Assembly: GCA_030141605.1 (NCBI GenBank)
Contig: JAQGDQ010000213.1
Coordinates: 62,001 to 126,000, forward strand
Source of the DNA: Tubiluchus corallicola
Lineage: Eukaryota > Animalia > Priapulida
DNA length: 64,000 nucleotides
Direction: 5' to 3'
Positions 56,797 to 64,000 of the stretch are shown piece after piece. Position 1 is the stretch's first letter; each line of letters begins with the position of its first letter. The position numbers and the translations under genes were made by a program. The notes under the pieces are model-generated. The model saw only the letters and a list, made by a program, of their open reading frames with translations, was not told the origin of the DNA and did not search any database.

Positions 56797-57355
56797 CAGG
56801 TTTCTGACAAATGGCACAGAAGAGATAGTTGTTTCACCAACGGTAATACCAGCAACAGAAACTTAGCTGTGAGTTTGAAATTCAAGTTGATTTTAGTTGG
56901 ATTTCAAGTTCAGGATTACATCAAAATCAAACTTGTTGAGATGGTTCGGGTTAGGAAGGTCATAGGTACCCGAAAACCACCTTTTAACGTAGCGTGTGCC
57001 GAAATGTGTGTCCTGATCATACAACAGTCCATACTGACAGTCACAGCTTACAGATTTTTGCATGACAGTGTCGCACAGACGACGTTCCCAACATGTCAAA
57101 CATTTAACGTCTATGTGAAGATAACAGCGATGGAAACAGCCATCACACTCCTCAACATTGCAGTCTACCATCCCTATCGTACTAACCCAACAAATGGCAA
57201 TGAGCAGTTGATGATCTATGACAGTAATAATGTAAGTAGTGATATACCGTCTTTCTGTGATTGCTAACGTCTCCTCGGGCCCGAGAAACTTACACCAGAA
57301 CTTGGGAACCACGTCACATACCTTGACATCAACTGAGACAAGATACAAGACGTAA
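56797..57355 (+). pseudogene. Probable decayed class A GPCR nested antisense in a VWA intron
   Basis: With frameshifts: FLTNG (TM1 end); NTSNRNLAVS..LILVG (TM2 NLAxxD-like); ACAEMCVLII..SILTVTAYRFL..V...TFP (TM3, xRF); ITAMETAITLLNIAVYHPY (TM4); IPSF/VIANV (TM5). The spacing fits a rhodopsin-like receptor. Confidence 0.42.
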
Positions 57356-57760
57356 GGTACTTAACGTGTAGACGTACCTCCGTTTAACACTGGAAAACAC
57401 TCTCTAGTGCTACGTGGCCTAAAATCGGCAGGTGAAAAATCCAGGTCACACAGCTCACGTGAACGTCTGAATTCAGCGGTTTAACTTTAACGTGAAGGTT
57501 TCTCTACGATGCAATACTCGTGTACCCACACAAGTGACTTAACTAATAGGCGTAATAATTTATAAGATCAAAATGCGATTTAGTAGAACATTAAATTAAA
57601 TTAAAAATACAATTTGTCTCTTTGTCATAAGCCTCGAGTTTAAAAAATAAGTTTTAAAATCCAATTAATTGTGGATTTATACCAGAGTAACACGTAATCG
57701 AGATAGACTAGCAATAGCTCTACGTGACATCCCTAAAATACTTTCATTGTTATGTGTTAC

Positions 57761-57911
57761 CTATATATTCCATTTCGTCAATGTGATCAATAATATCTTC
57801 TGCGTTGATGTATTCGTTAAAATCGAATTCTTCTTTCGTTCCGCCTGCGTATCTGACTAGTGCTACCCGAGAGTCGTATTCGGGATTATCCATCACCATT
57901 CTGACCCAGTT
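57761..57911 (-). CDS. VWA gene, internal exon
   Basis: ctgtttag| ... |gtaaca; 151 nt, phase 0 to 1: NWVRMVMDNPEYDSRVALVRYAGGTKEEFDFNEYINAEDIIDHIDEMEYI. Matches VWA RVALVxY..EF.FN.Y. Confidence 0.92.
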
Positions 57912-58383
57912 CTAAACAGTAACATATGTAAGTGTTAGTGTAAATTAAAGTCTTTCTGAGTAATTTACAGTGATCTTATATCTATAGTTTTCACTATTTC
58001 AGTACTAGATTGGCTTATTTGTCTAATAGAACCGCCAAAAACATTAGACACACTGCTTCGGTCTTGTTGAAGCATTTCAGTTAAATCAATAAATATTTGT
58101 AATAACATAGTTAAATAATAGCTTTCTATCGCTTTCCGTACTGAACACAGATCATTTTTCTCATCTCCGCTACTTGTTGTTTTCCCTATGCCACTACAGA
58201 TTCCTCACAGGAACGGCGTTGTCACAGGTATCACAACAATATTTTATATTCCTGAACAGCTCCGGTTTTTGCTTGCACTGAGTGTATAGTTGACAGACAA
58301 GACTATGTGTAAATTCAGCACGTTACTATAATGTGAAAAATTAAGCTGTTGACTTTAAATATTAAATATGCTTTTTTCTTTAC

Positions 58384-58532
58384 CTTTAAAGCGCATTTTG
58401 CTTTCTCATACTCATTTCTCATGCTTGGGCTTTCATCTACTATAAGTATTGCGTCGACTTTCTTTGTGCCAGGAAATGCAGCGTATGACTTTCTAATGAA
58501 GCTTCTTATTTTCTGTGCATCGTCTTTCGTGC
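58384..58532 (-). CDS. VWA gene, exon with the MIDAS DxSxS motif
   Basis: taaacag| ... |gtaaag; 149 nt, phase 1 to 0: xTKDDAQKIRSFIRKSYAAFPGTKKVDAILIVDESPSMRNEYEKAKCALK. Confidence 0.9.
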
Positions 58533-58569
58533 CTGTTTATCGAAAAATCTTAGCAATGCATGCTAATGC

Positions 58570-58690
58570 TGTTAACATTTCATTCTTGATGTTGTTGTTT
58601 ATGCTATGTTAACATTTCATTCTTGATGTTGTTGTTTATGTTATGCTAACATTTCATTCTTGATGGTGATGTTGATGTTATGACAACGTT
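58570..58690. repeat. ~37-bp tandem repeat, about 3 copies
   Basis: Unit taacatttcattcttgatgttgttgtttatg.tatg. Confidence 0.85.
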
Positions 58691-60760
58691 GATCTTGTTG
58701 ATTTAAATTGTTTCGTGTTATGTCGTTTTGTGTTGCTTTATGCTACGATGTGTTGCATTTCTATTTTTGGCATGTCACGTCAGGTCATTTTGTGTCATTT
58801 TATTTTATTTTATCTTATTAAAAAAACAATTTAAATTACCTATTTAAAAGACTAAAAATTACTGTGTAGGTGTTAGATGACTGAACTGTACATATTTCAG
58901 TTTTCCGGGCAGTGGCACACTTGGCGTACGAGCAAACTGAAATTTGTAGCTACAGTAAAAATCAAAACGTTTGGTGAACTTGACAAATGGGGGCCAATGC
59001 AAAACACAATATGCAGCGTAGAACTTTATAAATCTAAGAAACATTTAGGATAGAATTGTTTTATTGACCCGACAACCTAAAGATTTTAGCATAAATTGTA
59101 GTAGATCTTCATAGGTTTAGTTTTTTACAGAGGGAAATAAGTTACGTTCAGTGGCGTTTTCATAGCTGCATTGGCAGAACTTAATGATGAAATAGCGCTA
59201 TGTCAAGTAAATAACAAATAATCAGCTAACACAACATTAACGTCATAATTAATGTTTTTCAACTTTTTCCTTTTCGCCAAGTCGACGACTACACTCACTG
59301 TACCTCCCGCCATTGCTGATTTATTTTTATTTATTTTGTTTATTAGGCAAAAACACCAATACAATTACAAACACAGACATATGACATACAATTGCACAAA
59401 CCGAAGACACAGTTACTACAAATACTTATCAAGTGAGCAATTAATTAGTGAACAAATGATGTGTAAATTGTTTACTTGATACCTACCTTTACCTAGGATT
59501 TGCAATTTTGTGGCGTAATCATATTCAAGAACTAAATGTAGTACTGTTACCTGTAGCAAGTGAGCGTAGGGTGGAAAATAATTATGTTTGCCTACTGTTT
59601 GATCTGAGCATGTTGATTACTCGTCTTCTCGATGATTGTGAATGGCTGATTACTAATAACGTACAAATTAGAAAACAAGCCAGGCTAAACTTGATTCCAG
59701 GACTCATGTTTACAACAGATTCTTTTTTCTGCTCACGCTGAAAAGTTAAGTTGCAGATAACTTATACATAATTACACTTTGACAGTAGGTGTTTTTCTTA
59801 TACGTTCTATATAGTACATTAGTTGTACGTATGCTGTAAATAACGTTAATCAAAGGAAACAGTCGTTATGTTTACTTGCCAAGACTTCTAGACAGATGTT
59901 TTAAGACAAAAATTGTTATGTAAATAAAATTGGTCAGTCAGAAGGTAGGACAGAGTTGAGTTATAGAAATTTCAGACTACTCTATTAACTTTAAGTATGG
60001 CATGCCACTTAGCATTTTCTAGCAGGCTAACTATAGGAGGACATGCAAGCCTATGTTACTCCTTTGCAGAGGCTAGTTAAGGAATGTTGTTTGGTCTAGA
60101 ATACATTTCACTTTTTACGAACTCAGTAATTGAAAGAATATTTTTACACATTGTTGAAACTTGTGACAAACCTGCACTTGAAAATTGTCTATGCTGTCAG
60201 CTCATGGCATTCTTTGCTCAGGGGAAAAGCCAGAAAGTCAAGCTCATCGAAAATGAGGCTTAATCAAAAATAAATAAATAAATACAGACAGAGTAACAGT
60301 CTTTTCGAAAGCACATCGCGCAGAAGAAAAGACAGAAGGCAGTTCATGAATGGAGCGGTACTGAGGTAGTCATAGTCACGTTGATCCTATTTAAATAACG
60401 CTTATTATAGCTAAAATTCAAGGAACATTTGTATATTAATAGATAATTTTCAACTGCTGATGCGACCCAAATCTTAAAACTGTGTAAGCTTTCAATCTTT
60501 GAGTTATTGAATTTTATAACGAAGTATATCATTCGTTGACATGAACTTCAAATTTTACTAATGTGATGAAATTATTGTGGTTTCTGAAGCTTGTATGAAT
60601 TATAGAGAGTATTTTTATAGTTTATACATCCAAAACTGCGTCTTAATTCCTTTCAAATTTGTGAATCTATTGAATTTTGATAAGTAAACATTTTTGTGGA
60701 CCTATGTATGTAGAAACCTTTCTGCATTCCTTACCACAGTACAGTATTATAACAGCATAC

Positions 60761-60847
60761 CGGATGAGTCACACTAGTTGCCAGGAAGCGTCCTCGTTTC
60801 GATCGAACTACTGTAGTTGTCGCTGCTGTCACGGAGTTGTCACTGCA
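60761..60847 (-). CDS. VWA gene, putative pro-region exon with RSKR site
   Basis: gttgaaaag| (weak acceptor) ... |gtatgc; 87 nt, phase 0 to 0: CSDNSVTAATTTVVRSKRGRFLATSVTHP. Confidence 0.5.
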
Positions 60848-61292
60848 CTTTTCAACAATTTCGCTTATTGTTTATAGATTTATATATGCAGCTTTACTCA
60901 TCAGCCCTAATGGGTTTATTATGCAGGTTGTCTTAGTTAATTGTTCATATATATGTTTATATATGCAGCTTCGCTTATCAGCCCTCATTGGTTTATCATG
61001 CCGGTTGCCTTAGTCAGAAATGAATGATTTCATTGATAATTATCCACCACTTAGAATTATCGCCATTATACTGCATGGCGAGAGCCATTATTATAAGTTG
61101 CTAAAAATTATAGGGGGTCTACTTTTATTTAAGTGGGTTTACTCTTTTCTGAGCTCACGTGCATTCACCTGCCATTTTCGCGAGAAAATTTATACTTTAT
61201 TGTCCTAATATCCTACCTTTCAAAATTTGAGTTTTTGAAATACGTAGCAAAATGTTAAGCATAAGTTTGTATCACAATTGGTTCCGACTGAC

Positions 61293-61348
61293 CGCCATCT
61301 CCTGATGACTTCCAAGCAGCAGCAGCACTATGACGATTGTTAATAGTA
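61293..61348 (-). CDS. VWA gene, signal-peptide exon
   Basis: gtacag| ... |gtcagt; phase 1 to 0: (I)LLTIVIVLLLLGSHQEMA. An alternative phase-0 acceptor exists at 61364. Confidence 0.62.
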
Positions 61349-61429
61349 CTGTACAGCTATGACACTGATGATAAGAAACATCCCAAATGTAACTAGTTGC
61401 TTTCTTATTATGGTAAACGAACTTGTACG

Positions 61430-61640
61430 GGTCTGAGGCGCCGTTTATTACCCGATGATTTTCTTGACCAGCTACATTATTTATTACTCATAGACGACAC
61501 TGGTTTATTTGTTTCTAATCGCCAGCAATGTGTAGTCAAGCTCAACATTCTGTACGATTTTTGTAAAAGCTCTGGCATGGAAATTAACCAGAGTAAAACA
61601 AAATTCGTCGTCATAAACGGAACAGAGTGTGATAAGATGA
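61430..61640 (+). mobile_element. Non-LTR RT fragment
   Basis: LHYLLLIDDTGLF..KLNILYDFCKSSGMEINQSKTKFVVING corresponds to RT motifs around the catalytic DD. Confidence 0.7.
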
Positions 61641-61882
61641 TAACACTTGCGATCCCATCTATTTTAAGAATCTTTTTATGAAAGAGTCGTCTTAGACCAA
61701 GAAATGAATTCCCTTTTAGGGTCGCGTGTTAAGCATTGCATTGATTTTTGTCTAGAAATGCTGTGGGCCCCTTATACGAAAATGAGCAGTCATACAGCAG
61801 CAAATGCTTGAAAAAACACTTTATACGCAATCTTTCTAAAACGTGAAATCTGTCCGTGTAAACTTCTTTGAAATGAACTTAC

Positions 61883-61910
61883 TCGTAGAGCAGAACACAC
61901 CCTTGGTCAT
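61883..61910 (-). CDS. VWA gene, putative first coding exon
   Basis: ATG at 61910, MTKGVFCST+a, then a consensus |gtaagt donor. Phase 1 joins the next exon to give MTKGVFCSTILLTIVIVLLLLGSHQEMACS, a typical signal peptide. Confidence 0.55.
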
Positions 61911-62650
61911 TAGTTGACTTAGTAAGGTCCACCTGGCTCGAGTGTTTCCTTTTATTTCATTTTCACGTCGTTTCATTTACCTGTACATATTTATTCGTGA
62001 AACTGAAGAATTTGTCGATTCGCCGAAAAATGCCTTGGTCGCTTCATTGAATTAAATTCTATGAATTTTGAAGATTTGAATTTTGCGTATGTAGCAAATG
62101 ATGCTTGTTAAATTTGCACATAAGTTATGAACTACTATTTGATATCTGTCTTCATAGGCTGTGATATTTGTACGACAGTCAAAGCTATTTTTGCCCATTA
62201 CCTCAATTATTGCTTTCCGCTGCAACACCTTAGAGATTAGACCAATTGGTAACAGGGACTGTAGTACGAAATGCTTGGCAATCCGTGAAGTAGGTACCTA
62301 TCTTTGTTCAGAAGCTGGAATTCTTGTTTCACCACCAAAATACCTAACCCCGGAGTAAGATATCGTAACATAATCGAAAACTCTAGAATAATTGAACACT
62401 ATAACCCACCTGAAAATTAATAATTGCCAGTCTATTTTTATGAAACATTCGAGTAATTCATATCTTGCTTTAACAACGACAAAATCTGCTGTACATTGTG
62501 ACGCCATGTCTATAGGTTACGTACTCTGAGTCTCAATGTCATGAAAACCAGGCACGACCGCCCTATAGACGAGGTGTAACACGTGGTTCTGGGGTTCTAT
62601 AGAGTTAGATAATTTACTATTAGAATCCTGGAGTCGGGCTAAGGCTTTGT

Positions 62651-63407
62651 TGTTTCATACGGGGGCACGCGGAACCCGAGCCTAGGAGTCTTAATGAGCC
62701 AGTAATATTCGATGGTAGATAGAATACCAAACCAACTATTAAGCTGTATATAACAAAATTAATTGATAACCAGGAGAAAAGAAATAGTTAACTATAACAA
62801 TCAATCACAGTACAGCAAATGTATTCTCTAGTCTAATAATAGAGAAGGGAGGTGTTAGTGGGGGTAGCACGTGCAAATGATGACGCACTCTCGATGACGG
62901 CAATCCAACGATGACCATATACAAACGGAATTATGCTAGCTAGCAAACGCTGAGCAAAAGTGCAAAAGTCTTGGCTTACCAGACACGTTGTGTGAAACGG
63001 CAGCTGCTAACCTGTGGGGTAACATCCATGGATTTACCAACTATGGTTTGCTCCACCAACAATGGACTGTCCACCATAAACTTTAGCGTGACTTCAGGTT
63101 TGAACGAATCGTGACGGTAACGGTAACCACCTCATCAAACCAAGACAACGTACTCGACAAAGACCCGTCAGCACTGTAAACAATGGCTGTTGACTGAAGA
63201 AATAGCGACGTCTACTGCACTATAACATCGACGATGATAATCGACATTTCTGACCGTCTTTTCACAGACATGCGAAGATCAGACGATGGTCATTTTACGT
63301 GACCTAGACCTTTCAATAACGGCCGACTGACTGCCAGGTTGCACGTCTCGGGCTATAGCTGTAAAGTATGTATCATGTACACTTCACACCTGTACGGGTT
63401 TCACACA
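62651..63407 (-). mobile_element. Possible solo LTR
   Basis: TGT...ACA ends, GC-richer non-coding body, flanks tttgt and tttga (5-bp TSD with one mismatch). Confidence 0.35.
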
Positions 63408-63685
63408 TTTGAAATAAGCCGCGAGTATCGCAGGTATTGCAGAACACAACCACAAGACGAGGGGGGTGTTAGTAGGACTCCTACACTACTACACTAATTA
63501 CGCTAACAATACAGTACTACTATAGTGACTACTATAATGTAAGCAAATTACACTAGCAAGTGCTACAGCTATCACTATAAGGAACTTGACTGTGAAATGA
63601 AAAGGTGACAAACAAGTAAACAAAAATATCGTAAATAATAGATGGTTTATCACATACATGAAAGAATCAGCCTCTAAGAATCAAT

Positions 63686-63829
63686 ATGTTTATTGAGCAT
63701 AGACGATCGTTTCAACTTTTACAGTCCTTTTCAGTATGTATCATTGTACTAATTATTCCTTTTTTGGCTTGATTTATAGTGTTGAATGACTGTAATAGCA
63801 GAAACGATCGCCTACGCTCAATAAACATT
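63686..63829. mobile_element. Small MITE-like inverted repeat
   Basis: atgtttattgagcatagacgatcgtttc ... gaaacgatcgcctacgctcaataaacat (28-bp arms, 2 mismatches). Confidence 0.7.
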
Positions 63830-64000
63830 TTGACTAAAATTGTTTTCGGTAAAAGAGCACTTTAGTTTTCTTAATAATTGGTGGATCGGTTTCATGGAGT
63901 AACTGATGACAATTTAGGCAGAAATCAACACTTTCAACCGAAAGAAGTTTATTGAACATGGTTTGTTAACCTCTTGGTAAACAAAATGCTGATCAAATAA

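Larger units (their letters stand above)
53097..61910 (-). other. Multi-exon gene for a secreted single-VWA-domain protein (gene span)
   Basis: Four phase-consistent GT-AG exons give a complete VWA domain, and three upstream exons give a signal peptide and an RSKR site. The linker exon(s) between 60761 and 58532 are unresolved. AATAAA at about 52862-52867 (minus strand). Confidence 0.82.

Noticed and set aside
56893-57348. 151-aa Cys-rich minus-strand ORF as an extra VWA exon
   Set aside because: The flanking VWA exons already join in phase into an uninterrupted domain; this is more likely the antisense shadow of the GPCR-like relic.

Overview
AT-rich, repeat-dense animal (invertebrate, probably lophotrochozoan-like; this is inference) genomic DNA, not prokaryotic. 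Two host genes lie on the minus strand. (1) An intact class A neuropeptide GPCR with an intronless CDS (10355-11509, 384 aa) and galanin-receptor-type signatures. (2) A spliced gene the ORF track misses (about 53097-61910): a small secreted protein with a signal peptide, an RSKR furin-type site and a single von Willebrand A (VWA) domain that has an intact MIDAS, six cysteines and a strongly polybasic insert. A decayed second GPCR appears to lie antisense inside one VWA-gene intron. The rest is transposon debris and simple repeats. This includes a young 5'-truncated CR1/L2-group LINE with an intact RT ORF inserted (5-bp TSD TAACT) into an older, oppositely oriented LINE, a head-to-tail Helitron dimer, an Academ-like XPG/FEN1-domain transposon relic, a LINE ORF1-like frame with tandem CxxC pairs and one in-frame TGA, L2 and RT fragments, MITEs (one carrying TTAGGG repeats), Helentron-like elements, a possible solo LTR, and mini- and microsatellites. 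All translations and alignments were done by eye; no database searches were run.
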